A stretch of 64,000 bases of DNA, from assembly GCF_022844465.1 (NCBI RefSeq), contig NZ_JALHLP010000012.1:12694-76693 (forward strand), read 5' to 3'. The first letter of the stretch is position 1. The number at the start of each line of letters is the position of its first letter. Below, piece after piece: positions 19,828 to 31,367 of the stretch. The notes beneath the pieces are model-generated. The model worked only from the letters and a program-made list of their open reading frames with translations. It had not been told where the DNA came from and did not search any database. This DNA is from Bradyrhizobium sp. Its GTDB lineage: Bacteria > Pseudomonadota > Alphaproteobacteria > Rhizobiales > Xanthobacteraceae. Position numbers and translations under genes: made by a program.

Positions 19828-21729
19828 ATGAACAAGCAGACGCGATTCAACCTTTGGTACACGATGATCGCCATCTTCGGCATCATCCTGATCCACAACG
19901 CCTGGACGGGTCTGACGCAAATCGCCCGCATCCCGTACAGCGAGTTTCAGCAACTGCTGGCGGCCGGCAAGATCGCCGAGATCGGCGTGTCGGACAATTT
20001 CGTGCAAGGCACGCTGAAAGAGCCGTTGCCGGGCGGGCAGCGCCAGTTCACGACGACCCGCGTCGATCAGAATTTTGCGCGCGAGTTGACCGACGCGAAC
20101 GTCAAGTTCACCGGCCAGATCGAGAGCAACTTGCTCGGCAACGTGCTGTCCCTGGTGATGCCGATCGTCCTGTTCTTCGGCGTCTGGTACTGGATCTCGC
20201 GCCGCATGACGGGGGCCGGTGGTCTGGGAGGCGGCCTGATGCAAATCGGCAAATCGAAGGCCAAGGTCTATGTCGAGGCCGACACCGGGGTCACCTTCGC
20301 TGACGTCGCCGGCGTCGATGAGGCCAAGGACGAATTGAAGGAGATCGTCGCCTTCCTGAAAGACCCGAAACACTACGGGCGGCTGGGCGGGCGGATGCCG
20401 AAGGGCGTGCTGCTGGTCGGCCCCCCCGGCACCGGCAAGACCTTGCTGGCCAAGGCGGTCGCCGGTGAAGCCGGAGTTCCGTTCTTCTCCATCTCGGGCT
20501 CGGAATTCGTTGAAATGTTCGTTGGCGTGGGGGCCGCGCGGGTCCGTGACCTGTTCGAACAGGCGCGTGGCAAGGCCCCGGCGATCATCTTCATCGATGA
20601 ACTGGATGCGCTCGGCCGAGCCAGGAACGCCGGATTCGCGGGCGGACATGACGAGAAGGAGCAGACCCTGAACCAGCTTCTCGTCGAACTGGACGGGTTT
20701 GACGCCAGCGAGGGCGTCGTGCTTCTGGCGGCGACCAATCGTCCGGAGGTGCTGGACCCTGCCTTGTTGCGCGCCGGCCGTTTCGATCGCCAGGTGCTCG
20801 TCGACCGGCCGGACAAGGCAGGCCGCATCCAGATCCTCAATGTCCACTTGAAGAAGGCCAAGCTCGGTCCCGACGTCAGCGCCGACACGATCGCAGCCCT
20901 GACACCTGGCTTCACCGGCGCCGATCTCGCCAACCTGGTCAATGAGGCGGCGCTGCTGGCGACGCGCCGCGGAGCTGACGCCGTGACGCTCAGCGACTTC
21001 AATGCGGCGGTCGAGCGCATCATCGCCGGTCTCGAGAAGCGCAACCGAATTCTGAACGCCAAGGAGCGCGAGATCGTGGCCTACCACGAAATGGGGCATG
21101 CGCTGGTCGCGATGGCCCTGCCCGGCAGCGACGTCGTGCACAAGGTCTCGATCATCCCGCGCGGCGTCGGCGCGCTCGGCTACACCATCCAGCGCCCTAT
21201 CGAGGACCGTTTTCTGATGACGCGCGAGGAACTGATCGACAAGATGTGCGTGCTGCTCGGTGGCCGGGCGGCCGAACTCGTGGTGTTCGGGCATCTGTCT
21301 ACCGGCGCGGCGGACGATCTCAGGCGAGTGACCGACATCGCGCGTTCCATGGTGACGAAGTACGGCATGTCCGAGACGATGGGTTCGGTCGCCTATGAAC
21401 GCGATGCGAGGTCCTTCCTTGGCCCGCAAGGCGTCGGCGCGATGCGCGAGCGCGACTACGGCGAAACAGCCGGCGACGCGATCGATCAGGAAGTGCGAAA
21501 GATCGTCGAAAGCGCACTTGCCCGAACGCGCGACCTGCTGGTCGAGCGGCGCGAGCTTCTCGAGCGGACTGCCCGGCGCCTTCTCGAGAAGGAAACGCTG
21601 GACGAAGCCGAACTCATCGCACTCGTCAATGCACCCGCGACGCAGCGAGCCGGCAAGCAGGCCGCCGGGACCTTGCAACCCTCACTGATGACCACTGAAC
21701 CTGCTGTGCGGGACAGTGTAAAGCCGTAG
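19828..21729 (+). CDS. ftsH: ATP-dependent zinc metalloprotease FtsH (accessory paralog)
   Basis: Two TM helices, [17 protein letters not shown] ([10 protein letters not shown]) and HEMGH Zn motif. Not in the usual tilS-ftsH context. Confidence 0.93.
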   Translation: MNKQTRFNLWYTMIAIFGIILIHNAWTGLTQIARIPYSEFQQLLAAGKIAEIGVSDNFVQGTLKEPLPGGQRQFTTTRVDQNFARELTDANVKFTGQIESNLLGNVLSLVMPIVLFFGVWYWISRRMTGAGGLGGGLMQIGKSKAKVYVEADTGVTFADVAGVDEAKDELKEIVAFLKDPKHYGRLGGRMPKGVLLVGPPGTGKTLLAKAVAGEAGVPFFSISGSEFVEMFVGVGAARVRDLFEQARGKAPAIIFIDELDALGRARNAGFAGGHDEKEQTLNQLLVELDGFDASEGVVLLAATNRPEVLDPALLRAGRFDRQVLVDRPDKAGRIQILNVHLKKAKLGPDVSADTIAALTPGFTGADLANLVNEAALLATRRGADAVTLSDFNAAVERIIAGLEKRNRILNAKEREIVAYHEMGHALVAMALPGSDVVHKVSIIPRGVGALGYTIQRPIEDRFLMTREELIDKMCVLLGGRAAELVVFGHLSTGAADDLRRVTDIARSMVTKYGMSETMGSVAYERDARSFLGPQGVGAMRERDYGETAGDAIDQEVRKIVESALARTRDLLVERRELLERTARRLLEKETLDEAELIALVNAPATQRAGKQAAGTLQPSLMTTEPAVRDSVKP

Positions 21730-21760
21730 CGGAGGTCCCCGTTCCGGACCACGCATAGAG

Positions 21761-22861
21761 TCACCATTTCAACTCGACGCCGAACGTTCCTTGATGCGAC
21801 TGCATCGCGGCGCGGAATTTCGCATCGTAATTGACGTAGAGACGCGCGGTCCGGGTCAGGACCAGCGATGCCGAAGCGCCGGCGTCGGCGCCATAGCGGC
21901 TTTCACCGATGCCCTGCAGCGTGATGCGTTTGGCGCCGAGGCTGACGGTGATGTCGGAGAAATTCTGCACGACGTTGTCGACCAGCTTGCCGTAGGCCGA
22001 CACGTCGAGAACCTTCCGGTCGAGAATCCAATAGTGGCCGGCTTCCGCGCCGATCATGACCCGCGCGCGCTGCACCGATGCGTCGGTCGCCGCGACGGGG
22101 TCGAGGCCGCCGGTCTCCTGCAGCGATCCGGTTCTTGCGCGGACATATTCGAATGCCGCCTTCGGCACGATACGGCCCTGGCCGTTGGACCAGTAATAGC
22201 TGACCTCGCTGAGCACCCCGTCGAGCCGGGCGTTGTATCCCGCGGTCGCAAGGCCAAGGCCGGTATCGCGGCGCGAGTCGATGTTGCCAAGACCGTGCAC
22301 GACGGCGCTAGCCCAGGTCCACGCCCCGCTATCGACGGACGCCATGAACGCGAATTGGCTGAGGTCGATCGTGGCCGATTGCAGCGCCAGCGGAATGTCG
22401 ATCGCCGAGCGACTCTGATCAACGGAGAGACCAATGTTGATGCCCGGCGCCACCCGCGCGCCGATGCCAGCCGCGCCGCCCCAGGTCCTGCGGCTGTCGC
22501 CAACGAAATCACCGGTCGCGCCGTTCGTCGTCGTATTGCCGTAGCCCTCGAACCAGGTCCGGTAGCGCGGCGCCTCCGTCAGCACGGAAGCGCCGCCGCC
22601 GTCCGGGTTGGTCCGCTGCATCCGGTTGAAGCCGTTGCCGGACTGGCCACCCAGCCGCTCCAGGAAGTGGCTGCCGAGATTGGCCAGCGCCCTGCCCGAC
22701 GATACCGTCGAATTGACCATGGTCGGGGTCGGTATGCGCTGCGGCGTCAGTTGCGCCCAAGCCGGCGCAACGGATGCGATCGTAACGAATGCAATCACCA
22801 GCAGCCGGGCATGACCGATCTCGATTTTCCACCCTCGCCGAAGCCGCGGTGAGCAGCGCAT
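21761..22861 (-). CDS. Autotransporter beta-barrel domain protein with almost no passenger
   Basis: Signal peptide (AWA-Q), about 60-aa linker, then TWFEGYG... barrel ending in GTFGVELKW. Start uncertain (22861 or 22957). Confidence 0.8.
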   Translation of the reverse strand: MRCSPRLRRGWKIEIGHARLLVIAFVTIASVAPAWAQLTPQRIPTPTMVNSTVSSGRALANLGSHFLERLGGQSGNGFNRMQRTNPDGGGASVLTEAPRYRTWFEGYGNTTTNGATGDFVGDSRRTWGGAAGIGARVAPGINIGLSVDQSRSAIDIPLALQSATIDLSQFAFMASVDSGAWTWASAVVHGLGNIDSRRDTGLGLATAGYNARLDGVLSEVSYYWSNGQGRIVPKAAFEYVRARTGSLQETGGLDPVAATDASVQRARVMIGAEAGHYWILDRKVLDVSAYGKLVDNVVQNFSDITVSLGAKRITLQGIGESRYGADAGASASLVLTRTARLYVNYDAKFRAAMQSHQGTFGVELKW

Positions 22862-23040
22862 CCAATCATTCCCAAGAGCAAGAAAGCGCCAGCGCGAAAA
22901 ACGCGCGCAAATCCGATCAGCCACACCGATTTGCCCTGAGTTTTCGGGAAGCGTCAATCGGCACGCGGCCGGCCAGGAGGTCGAATACGGGGCGCTGTTG
23001 TTCGACTGCCACAGCCAACGGCAGTCGACATCGCGCCATA

Positions 23041-23694
23041 TCAGATTTTCCGCGGCGATATCAGAACGCCATCGCGCTCAGCGGCGCCCGATATCCTGCA
23101 GACGTCGCCCTCAAGGCGAATCTGGCCGGCAGCCAGGAGCCGCAGCGCCTCCGGATAGATTCGGTGCTCGACGCCGAGGGTGCGCGCCGCCAGCGTTTCC
23201 ACCGTGTCGTCATCGGCAACCGCGACCGCACCCTGCATCACGATCGGGCCGGCGTCGGTTTCCGGGGTCACAAAATGCACGGTCGCGCCCGAGATCTTCA
23301 CCCCGGCGTCGAGCGCCTGGCGGTGCGGATCGAGGCCCGGAAAGGACGGCAGCAGCGAGGGGTGAATGTTGAGCATCTTGCCGTGCCAGCGCTGGACGAA
23401 TTCGGCGGTGAACAACCGCATGAATCCGCCGAGGCAGATCAGTTCGACCTTGCTGTGCTCCAGCGCCCGCTGAAGCGCGGCCTCGAACGCGGCGCGATCC
23501 CGCCCGAACGGCTGGCTTTCGATCACCAGGGTCGGGATGCCGCTGGCGGCGGCCTTTGCCAGCCCGGGCGCGTCGGCGCGGTTGGAAATCACTGCGACGA
23601 TCGCGGCGGGAAAATCCGGCGCTTCGGCCGCCGCGACGAGCGCCGCCATGTTGGAGCCGCGCCCGGAAATCAGGATGGCAGTTCGGCGCTTCAT
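23041..23694 (-). CDS. purN: Phosphoribosylglycinamide formyltransferase
   Basis: [37 protein letters not shown]. Confidence 0.97.
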   Translation of the reverse strand: MKRRTAILISGRGSNMAALVAAAEAPDFPAAIVAVISNRADAPGLAKAAASGIPTLVIESQPFGRDRAAFEAALQRALEHSKVELICLGGFMRLFTAEFVQRWHGKMLNIHPSLLPSFPGLDPHRQALDAGVKISGATVHFVTPETDAGPIVMQGAVAVADDDTVETLAARTLGVEHRIYPEALRLLAAGQIRLEGDVCRISGAAERDGVLISPRKI

Positions 23695-24776
23695 GGCGAA
23701 AGATCGAGATGACCGTTATAGACCACGCGATGCTCTCCCTTGTCATCGGTCCGGGCCGCAATCACTTCGCCGAGCAAGGCTACGGTCTCGCCGCCTTCCG
23801 TCAGCACCTCCGTCACCTTCCCGATCGCCTCCGGCTTGACAATGGCGATCATGCCGATGCCGCAATTGAAGGTGCGCAGCAGTTCGAGCTCGGCGATGCC
23901 TCCCTGCGCCGCCAGCCATTTGAACACCGGCAGCACCGGCAGCCGTGCCAGATCGATGCCCACACCAAGATGCTTTGGCAGCACGCGAGGGATGTTGTCG
24001 GTGAAGCCGCCGCCGGTAATGTGGGCCAGTCCCTTGACCGCGCGGGTTTCGCGGATCGCGCGCAGGCATGACTTCACGTAGAGCCTCGTCGGCCTCAGCA
24101 AGGCGCCGCCGAGCGTCATGACCGGGGAGAACGGCGCCGGGTCGCCGAAGCCAAGGCCGCAGTTCTCCACGATCTTGCGAACCAGCGAGAACCCGTTGGA
24201 GTGAACGCCCGAGGACGCCAGCCCGATCACGGCGTCGCCTGCGGCGATGTCTGCACGCGGCAGCAACGTGCCGCGCTCGGCCGCGCCGACCGCAAAGCCC
24301 GCGAGGTCGTAATCCCCGTCCTTGTAGAGCCCCGGCATCTCGGCGGTTTCCCCGCCGATCAGGGCGCAGCCGGATTCCCGGCATGCCTCGGCGATACCGG
24401 CGACGATGGCCGCCGTCGCCTCGGGGTCGAGCTTGCCGCAGGCAAAGTAGTCGAGGAAGAACAGCGGCTCGGCTCCCTGCACGACAAGGTCGTTGACCGA
24501 CATCGCCACCAGGTCGATGCCGATCCCGGCATGCAGGCCGGTCTCGATCGCGATCTTGACCTTGGTGCCGACGCCGTCGGTCGCCGCCACCAGCACCGGG
24601 TCCTTGAAGCCGGCGGCCTTGAGGTCGAACAACCCGCCGAACCCGCCGATTTCGGCGTCCGCGCCGGCGCGCGCAGTGGCGCGGACCATCGGCTTGATGA
24701 GGTCGACCAGGCGGTTGCCGGCGTCGATATCGACCCCCGAATCCGCGTAAGTTAGCCCGTTTTTGCGGTCGGTCAT
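23691..24776 (-). CDS. purM: Phosphoribosylformylglycinamidine cyclo-ligase
   Basis: [71 protein letters not shown]; ATG 24776. Confidence 0.97.
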   Translation of the reverse strand: MTDRKNGLTYADSGVDIDAGNRLVDLIKPMVRATARAGADAEIGGFGGLFDLKAAGFKDPVLVAATDGVGTKVKIAIETGLHAGIGIDLVAMSVNDLVVQGAEPLFFLDYFACGKLDPEATAAIVAGIAEACRESGCALIGGETAEMPGLYKDGDYDLAGFAVGAAERGTLLPRADIAAGDAVIGLASSGVHSNGFSLVRKIVENCGLGFGDPAPFSPVMTLGGALLRPTRLYVKSCLRAIRETRAVKGLAHITGGGFTDNIPRVLPKHLGVGIDLARLPVLPVFKWLAAQGGIAELELLRTFNCGIGMIAIVKPEAIGKVTEVLTEGGETVALLGEVIAARTDDKGEHRVVYNGHLDLSP

Positions 24777-24935
24777 GCCCGAATTCCAGTATGATGACCG
24801 CTGGTTACGAGGAATTCCGCGATCCTGCAATGGTTGCCGGGCGCTTCCCGCATGTACTATGTAGATAACAAGCAGACAAGAACCGGCCGATCTCGCCAAG
24901 GGCCGGGTTGGGCCGGGAGCCGGGAAGCGACCGCG

Positions 24936-25478
24936 TTGAGCATACCGAACATCATCACGCTCGGCCGCATCATTCTGGTGCCAGTGATTGTTTGGGCAAT
25001 CGTATCCAGCCAGATGGAAGTCGCGTTTGCGATCTTTGTCATTGCCGGCGTCAGCGACGCCGTCGACGGCTTTCTGGCCAAGCGATTCAACATGGCGAGC
25101 GAACTGGGCGCCCTGCTCGATCCGCTGGCTGACAAGGCGCTCTTGGTTTCGATCTTCGTGGCGCTCGGCATCTGGGGCGCGGTGCCGCGCTGGATCGTCA
25201 TCCTGGTGGTGTCGCGCGACATCATGATTGTCACGGCCGTGATGGTGTCGTGGCTGCTCGACAGGCCGGTCCCGATGAAACCGCTGATGGTGTCGAAGCT
25301 CAATACGGTGGCGCAGGTGGCGTACGCGGCGCTGGTGCTGGCTTCGCTCGGCTTCAACTTCAAGCCGGCGCCCTACGACACGATCCTGATAGGCCTGGTA
25401 ACGGTCTTTACTTTGGTTTCGGTCTCGCTCTATCTCGTCGAGTGGGTGCGTCACATGAGCACGATCGAAGCCGGCTAG
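24936..25478 (+). CDS. CDP-alcohol phosphatidyltransferase (PgsA-like)
   Basis: IPNIITLGR and [11 protein letters not shown]...[11 protein letters not shown] signature; start uncertain (TTG 24936). Confidence 0.9.
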   Translation: MSIPNIITLGRIILVPVIVWAIVSSQMEVAFAIFVIAGVSDAVDGFLAKRFNMASELGALLDPLADKALLVSIFVALGIWGAVPRWIVILVVSRDIMIVTAVMVSWLLDRPVPMKPLMVSKLNTVAQVAYAALVLASLGFNFKPAPYDTILIGLVTVFTLVSVSLYLVEWVRHMSTIEAG

Positions 25479-25523
25479 CTCGATGGTGTCAGGCGCCGGG
25501 ACGGCCCCGGCCTGGAGACTTGC

Positions 25524-26201
25524 GTGGCAGTGCGTGTTCAACCTCGTCAGCTCGCCTTTGCGCTGCCGCACGCGGAGAGCCTGACCCGCGACAATTTTCT
25601 GGAAGGGCCCGCCAACGAGGCCGGCCTCGCCTTGATCGAAAGCTGGCCCGACTGGCCGAACCGCATCATGCTGCTGGTGGGGCCGGAGGGTTCCGGCAAG
25701 AGCCACCTCGCCGCGATCTGGGCGGAGCAGGCCGGCGCGCGCGCGACCTCGGCCCACGCGCTCACCGCCCCTGACGTCCCCGGTGCGCTCGCCACCGGGA
25801 CACTGGTGGTGGAAGACCTCAAGTCCGCCGGGTTCGACGAACGCGCGATGTTTCACCTGCTGAATCTGGCGCGCGAGGACGAGGCCTGCGTTCTCATTAC
25901 GGCGCGGACCCCGCCGGCTTCGTTCGAGGTCGAACTGCGCGACCTCCGGTCAAGGCTGCGCGCGGTGCCGGTCGTATCGCTGCTGCCACCCGACGACCTG
26001 CTGTTTCGCAGCCTGATCGTCAAATATTGCGCGGACCGCCAGTTAGGCATCGACGAGGCCGTCGTCAGCTATCTGGCCAGCCGGATCGAGCGTTCCTATG
26101 CGGCCGCCCGCCGGGCGGTCGCCCTGCTGGATAACGAGGCGCTGCGGCTGGGCAGGCCGGTGACCCGGGCGCTGGCCGCCGAGCTGCTGCGCAACGTCTG
26201 A
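25524..26201 (+). CDS. DnaA/Hda (HdaA) family protein
   Basis: N-terminal QLAFAL clamp-binding motif, [10 protein letters not shown] Walker A, DLRSRL, RIERS. Confidence 0.88.
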   Translation: MAVRVQPRQLAFALPHAESLTRDNFLEGPANEAGLALIESWPDWPNRIMLLVGPEGSGKSHLAAIWAEQAGARATSAHALTAPDVPGALATGTLVVEDLKSAGFDERAMFHLLNLAREDEACVLITARTPPASFEVELRDLRSRLRAVPVVSLLPPDDLLFRSLIVKYCADRQLGIDEAVVSYLASRIERSYAAARRAVALLDNEALRLGRPVTRALAAELLRNV

Positions 26202-26237
26202 AACGCCCTCCTCCCGGCAAGCGCGGCCGGACCGTCA

Positions 26238-26255
26238 ATGTCATTGAAACGACAT
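26238..26255 (+). promoter_or_regulatory. Candidate Pho-box / palindromic operator upstream of ppk
   Basis: ATGTCAT-TGAA-ACGACAT (11-nt period; second half-site weak) inside a perfect CAATGTC-N8-GACATTG inverted repeat. Confidence 0.3.
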
Positions 26256-26310
26256 TGGCGTATCACAAACTCAGCACTTGGCGCGCTGGCGTACCGCACC
26301 CTGACCCGAG

Positions 26311-28521
26311 ATGGATCAAAGCCTTATGGAATCGGCCCAAGTCGTTGAAAAAAAAGAAAAAAATGTAGCTGACGAGGCCCTCCCTTCTATTGCCGCGGGC
26401 CCCGAAAGGTTCATTAACCGCGAGCTGTCCTGGCTGCATTTTAACCGCCGGGTACTGGAAGAATCGGTCAATCCGCACCATCCCGCGCTGGAGCGAGTGC
26501 GGTTCCTGTCGATTTCCGCCAATAACCTTGATGAATTCTTCATGGTCCGCGTCGCCGGCATCAAGGCCCAGGTCCGTGAAGGAATCGCCGAACGCAGCCC
26601 CGATGGCCTGACGCCGTCCGAGCAGCTTGTGCGCATCAACGAAACCGTTTCCGAACTCGCCTCAGACCAGCAGCGGATCTGGCGTGATCTGCGCGGCGTC
26701 CTGTCGGACGCCGGCATCACGCTTGTGGACGGTCACGACTTCACCAAGGCGGAGCGAAGCTGGATCGAGGATCACTTCCTCCTCAACATCTTCCCGCTGC
26801 TGACGCCGCTTGCGGTCGATCCGGCGCACCCCTTCCCGTTCATCCCCAGCCTCGGCTTCACCATCGCGCTGCAATTGTCGCGGGTATCCGACGGCAAGCC
26901 GATGAACGCGCTGATCCGCATGCCCGGCAAGATCGACCGTTTCATCCGGATGCCCCAGGGCAAGGACGGTCAGGTTCACCTGATCACGCTGGAGCAGGCC
27001 ACGGGCCTGTTCATCGGCCGGCTTTTCCCCGGCTACACCGTCAAGGGCCAGGGCGCATTCCGCATCATCAGGGACTCCGAGCTCGAAATCGAGGAGGAGG
27101 CGGAGGATCTGGTTCGCCTGTTCGAGAGCGCGCTGAAGCGGCGCCGGCGGGGTTCGGTGATCCGCCTTGAGATGGAAGCCAAGATGCCGGAAGAACTTCG
27201 CGCGTTCGTGCAGCGGGCGCTGTCCGCGGCCGATGACGAGGTGTTTCTGGTCGATGGCGTGCTGGCGATGAACGAACTCTCGCAGCTCACCCGGCTCGAC
27301 CGTCCCGACCTGGAATTCGTGCCCTACGTGCCGCGCCATCCCGAGCGGGTGCGCGACCATGGCGGTGACATCTTCGCCGCGATCCGTCAGAAGGACCTGA
27401 TCGTTCACCACCCCTATGAATCCTTCGACGTCGTCGTGCAGTTCCTGCAACAGGCGGCGCGCGATCCCGACGTCGTCGCCATCAAGCAGACGCTCTACCG
27501 CACCTCGAATAACTCGCCGATCGTGCGCGCGCTGGCCGAGGCCGCCGAGGCCGGCAAATCAGTCACCGCCCTGATCGAGCTGAAGGCGCGGTTCGACGAG
27601 GAGGCCAACATCCGCTGGGCGCGCGACCTCGAACGCGCCGGCGTGCAGGTCGTATATGGCTTCCTCGAACTCAAGACCCACGCCAAGCTGTCGATGGTGG
27701 TGCGCCGCGAAGGTGGCGGTCTTGCCACCTACGTCCACACCGGCACCGGCAACTACCACCCGGTCACGGCGCGCATCTATACCGATCTTTCCTACTTCAC
27801 CTCGGACCCGATCATCGGCCGCGATGCCGCGCGCGTTTTCAACTACATCACCGGCTATGCCGAGCCGAGCGACATTGAGCGGATGGCGGTGTCGCCGCTG
27901 ACGCTGCGCAAGCGCATCGTCGAACATATCAGGGGCGAGGCCAATTTCGCCCGGCACGGCAAGCCGGGTGTCATCTGGATGAAGATGAACTCGCTGGTCG
28001 ATCCCGACGTCATCGACGCGCTGTACGAAGCCTCGCAGGCCGGCGTGTCGGTCGAACTGGTGGTGCGCGGCATCTGCTGCCTGCGGCCGGGCGTGACAGG
28101 ACTTTCGGAGAATATTCGGGTCAAGTCGATCATCGGCCGGTTCCTGGAACACGGCCGAATCTACTGCTTTGGCATGGGACACGGCCTGCCCGGACCAAAG
28201 GCGGCTGTGTATATCTCGTCCGCCGACATGATGCCGCGGAACCTCGACCGCCGCGTCGAGATCCTCTGTCCGCTGCAAAATCCTACGGTACATCAGCAGG
28301 TTCTCGAACAGATCATGGTTGCCAACCTGAAGGATACCGAGCAGAGCTGGCAGTTGTTGCCGGACGGGTCGTCAACGCGTATGAAGGCCGCGAAAGGCGA
28401 AGAGCCCTTCAATTTGCACAATTACTTCATGACGAATCCGAGTCTGTCTGGCCGTGGAAAGTCGCTCAAGGAATCTTCGCCGCGCCGCCTTACGCGCCGT
28501 AACGAACGTCAGCAATCGTAA
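26311..28521 (+). CDS. ppk: Polyphosphate kinase 1
   Basis: [83 protein letters not shown]. Confidence 0.97.
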   Translation: MDQSLMESAQVVEKKEKNVADEALPSIAAGPERFINRELSWLHFNRRVLEESVNPHHPALERVRFLSISANNLDEFFMVRVAGIKAQVREGIAERSPDGLTPSEQLVRINETVSELASDQQRIWRDLRGVLSDAGITLVDGHDFTKAERSWIEDHFLLNIFPLLTPLAVDPAHPFPFIPSLGFTIALQLSRVSDGKPMNALIRMPGKIDRFIRMPQGKDGQVHLITLEQATGLFIGRLFPGYTVKGQGAFRIIRDSELEIEEEAEDLVRLFESALKRRRRGSVIRLEMEAKMPEELRAFVQRALSAADDEVFLVDGVLAMNELSQLTRLDRPDLEFVPYVPRHPERVRDHGGDIFAAIRQKDLIVHHPYESFDVVVQFLQQAARDPDVVAIKQTLYRTSNNSPIVRALAEAAEAGKSVTALIELKARFDEEANIRWARDLERAGVQVVYGFLELKTHAKLSMVVRREGGGLATYVHTGTGNYHPVTARIYTDLSYFTSDPIIGRDAARVFNYITGYAEPSDIERMAVSPLTLRKRIVEHIRGEANFARHGKPGVIWMKMNSLVDPDVIDALYEASQAGVSVELVVRGICCLRPGVTGLSENIRVKSIIGRFLEHGRIYCFGMGHGLPGPKAAVYISSADMMPRNLDRRVEILCPLQNPTVHQQVLEQIMVANLKDTEQSWQLLPDGSSTRMKAAKGEEPFNLHNYFMTNPSLSGRGKSLKESSPRRLTRRNERQQS

Positions 28522-28533
28522 TCGCAAGGGGTT

Positions 28534-30042
28534 GTGGTGGTGAGGCGGCCGCGAAAGCGCGCCCGCAGCGTCGCCGTCATTGACATCGGTTCGAATTCGG
28601 TTCGCCTCGTCGTCTATGAGACGATGGCCCGCAGCCTCGTCACCATCTTCAACGAAAAGGCGCTGTGCGGGCTCGGTCGCGAGGTGCAGAGCACCGGCCT
28701 GCTGGCGGCCGACGCCGTCACCAAGGCCCTGACCTCGCTTCGGCGCTTTCGCGCGCTTTGCCGGATCCAGCGGGTCGGCCGCGTCCATGCAATCGCGACC
28801 GCCGCGTGCCGCGACGCCTCCAACGGCCCCGATTTCATCGCCAAGGCCGAACGCATCTGCGGCGTTCCGATCGAAGTGCTTTCGGGACCGCGCGAGGCCA
28901 AGCTGTCCGCGCTCGGCGTCGTCTCCGGCATCCACAATCCCGATGGCATTGTCGGCGATCTCGGCGGCGGATCGCTTGAATTGATCGACGTGCGGCGCAA
29001 TCGCGTCCACAGCGGCGTCACATTGCCGCTTGGCAGCCTGGCGCTGCAGGACCTGTCGGAAAAGTCGTTAAAGCGCGCTGAACCGATCGTCAGCGCCGAA
29101 CTGTCCAACGTGGCCCAGCTCAAGGCCGGCCAGGGCCGCACCTTCTACGCGGTCGGCGGCACCTGGCGCGCGCTGGCGCGCATCCACATCGTTCAGAGCG
29201 GCTATCCGCTGCGCGTCATGCATGGCTATTCGCTGCCGGCCGCCGACGCGCTGGATTTCGCCCGGCGCCTGCGCCGGCTCGCGGCCGCCAACATGCTCGC
29301 CAATATCGAACTGGTCGCCGACGCCCGACGTCCGCTCCTGGCCTACGCCGCGCTCGTGCTCGAATACATTATCCGCGTGGGCAAGCCGAAGACGATCGTG
29401 TTTTCAACCTTCGGCGTACGCGAAGGCTTGCTCTACGAGATGCTGCCGCCCCCGGAGCGCGCCAAGGACGGGTTTATCTGCGCCGCCCAGACCCTGAACG
29501 AACTATTGTCGCGGTCAGCCCGCCATGCCGAGGAGCTGGTGGCCTGGACCGACCGCCTGGTCAGGGTCGTGAAACTGACCGAAACCGCCGAGGACCGCCG
29601 CCTGCGCCATGCCGCCTGCCTGCTTTCCGATATCGGATGGCGGGTGCATCCCGACCATCGCGGCGAGGAGACGCTGAGCCTGATCACCAACGGCAATTTC
29701 GGCTCGATCAGCCACCAGGGCCGCGCTTTCGTCGCGCTGTCGGTATTCTATCGATACGCCGGCCTGAGCGAGGAGAACCAGCCGCCGGCGCGCATCCGGG
29801 CGCTGGTTCCGCCGGCGATGGACGACCGTGCCCGCATTCTCGGCGCAGCGTTCCGCGTCGCGCATCTGATTTCGGCCGCGCGCACCGGCGTATTGCCCGC
29901 GACGCATTTCCGCAGCAGCGGCCGCAAGCTGATGCTGGTGTTCGAACACCGCATGGTCGATCTCGTGGCCGACCGCGTCGGCAGCCGGTTCAGGCAACTG
30001 GCGCGGCTGATCGGACGCACCGGCTCGATCGTGCGCAAGTAG
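28534..30042 (+). CDS. ppx: Exopolyphosphatase (Ppx/GppA family)
   Basis: VIDIGSNSVRL, ATAACRDA, GDLGGGSLE, GVREG, LLSDIGW; follows ppk. Confidence 0.93.
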   Translation: MVVRRPRKRARSVAVIDIGSNSVRLVVYETMARSLVTIFNEKALCGLGREVQSTGLLAADAVTKALTSLRRFRALCRIQRVGRVHAIATAACRDASNGPDFIAKAERICGVPIEVLSGPREAKLSALGVVSGIHNPDGIVGDLGGGSLELIDVRRNRVHSGVTLPLGSLALQDLSEKSLKRAEPIVSAELSNVAQLKAGQGRTFYAVGGTWRALARIHIVQSGYPLRVMHGYSLPAADALDFARRLRRLAAANMLANIELVADARRPLLAYAALVLEYIIRVGKPKTIVFSTFGVREGLLYEMLPPPERAKDGFICAAQTLNELLSRSARHAEELVAWTDRLVRVVKLTETAEDRRLRHAACLLSDIGWRVHPDHRGEETLSLITNGNFGSISHQGRAFVALSVFYRYAGLSEENQPPARIRALVPPAMDDRARILGAAFRVAHLISAARTGVLPATHFRSSGRKLMLVFEHRMVDLVADRVGSRFRQLARLIGRTGSIVRK

Positions 30043-30047
30043 AGCAA

Positions 30048-30263
30048 TCAGCGCGGCGTGAGTTGCAATTCCAGCAAGGCGAGCCTCTGCAGCACGACCG
30101 GATCTCGCTCGCCGCTGTGAGCCGCGCGCAGGATCGCCTCGGCGATCAGCCGTACATGTGAAGAAATCACAGGCTCGGGAAGCGAAGCCACGGCGGAGTC
30201 AAGCGCCACCTCCATCACCGAAACGACCTCGGGGGGAAACGACGCGTTGGCAAAGTTTTTCAT
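30048..30263 (-). CDS. Small hypothetical protein (71 aa)
   Basis: MKNFANASFPPEVV...IAEAILRAAHSGERDPVVLQRLAL. The GERDP..L motif is typical of an expanded Bradyrhizobium small-protein family. Confidence 0.65.
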   Translation of the reverse strand: MKNFANASFPPEVVSVMEVALDSAVASLPEPVISSHVRLIAEAILRAAHSGERDPVVLQRLALLELQLTPR

Positions 30264-30489
30264 GGAACTGGCCATCGACGACGCGGCTGGCGTCCTTCCG
30301 CGGGAATGCGATGTCAACCGCCTGGAATTGTTGTTTGATCCCCGCGTACAGAGTGTCTAATTTTCTAGGATCGCATTCGTTCCGGAAGACCGCGAAAAAT
30401 CGCGCGCCCCCTGCGCTCGCGGTGTCTCCGACTGAATCCTGTTTGATCGGCGCTCGCGCGCCGGCGGCGCCGAGCCCGAACAGGGCAGG

Positions 30490-31329
30490 TTACGCCGCGT
30501 GCGCGGACTCTGCGGCGCTTCCCAGCCTGCGCTTGCGCCAGAGCGATCCCGCGACAAGCACCACCACGATGCCGAGTATTCCCAGCACGACCTCGCCGCC
30601 ATGGCCGCCATTGGTGAAGTGCGATCCCATGCCGATCGATTTCAGCACACCGTCGAGGCCGATGCCGACCGGGCCGTTGAAGAAGGCGTTCAGCGGCGGC
30701 TGAACCACAGGGTCGGTCGCCATTACCTCGCCGGCGATCCAGCCCAGCAAGGCGGCGCCGGCCCAAACCAGGGCAGGCAGCCGCGTCAACAGCGCCATGA
30801 TCAGCGCGGCTCCCGCGACGATCAGGGGAACACTGACGGCCAGCCCGATGACAAGCAGCGGAATGCTGCCATTGGCAGCCGCAGCGACGGCGATGACGTT
30901 GTCGAGGCTCATCACGATGTCGGCGATCGCCACGATCTGCACGGCCGCCCACAGGTGCGAGGCCGCATCCACGCCGCCCTCGCCCTCGGGTTCCGGAACC
31001 AGCAGCTTCGCGGCGATCACAAGCAGCGCCAGCCCGCCGACCAGCTTGAGGAAAGGAAGCCCCATCAGCGTCACGACGATCCCCGTGAAGATGATCCGCA
31101 GCAGCACGGCGACACCGGCGCCCAGCACCATGCCCCAGAACCGCTGGCGCGGCGGCAACCCGCGGCAGGCCATCGCGATCACAAGCGCGTTGTCACCCGA
31201 CAGCAGGATGTTGATCCACATGATCTTGCCGAGTGCGACCCAAAAGGCTGGATGCTGCATCTCGGCCTGGAACTGGGTAAAGAATGCGGCGATCGTCGCC
31301 GGATCGAAAACGTGCCACAGCCAGTTCAA
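30490..31329 (-). CDS. TerC family protein, YjbE-like subfamily
   Basis: INILLSGDNALVIAMACRGLP, LR, IADIVMSLDNVIAVAAAA, GLAVSVPLIV. Confidence 0.9.
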   Translation of the reverse strand: MNWLWHVFDPATIAAFFTQFQAEMQHPAFWVALGKIMWINILLSGDNALVIAMACRGLPPRQRFWGMVLGAGVAVLLRIIFTGIVVTLMGLPFLKLVGGLALLVIAAKLLVPEPEGEGGVDAASHLWAAVQIVAIADIVMSLDNVIAVAAAANGSIPLLVIGLAVSVPLIVAGAALIMALLTRLPALVWAGAALLGWIAGEVMATDPVVQPPLNAFFNGPVGIGLDGVLKSIGMGSHFTNGGHGGEVVLGILGIVVVLVAGSLWRKRRLGSAAESAHAA

Positions 31330-31367
31330 AGCGGTTCTCCTCCGGCATTCTCAGCCGTCTGCGTCGA

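Noticed and set aside
23691-25856. 721-aa ORF that could be read as a PurM fusion
   Set aside because: PurM homology begins at ATG 24776. The upstream 360 codons are antisense to the phosphatidyltransferase and hda-like genes.
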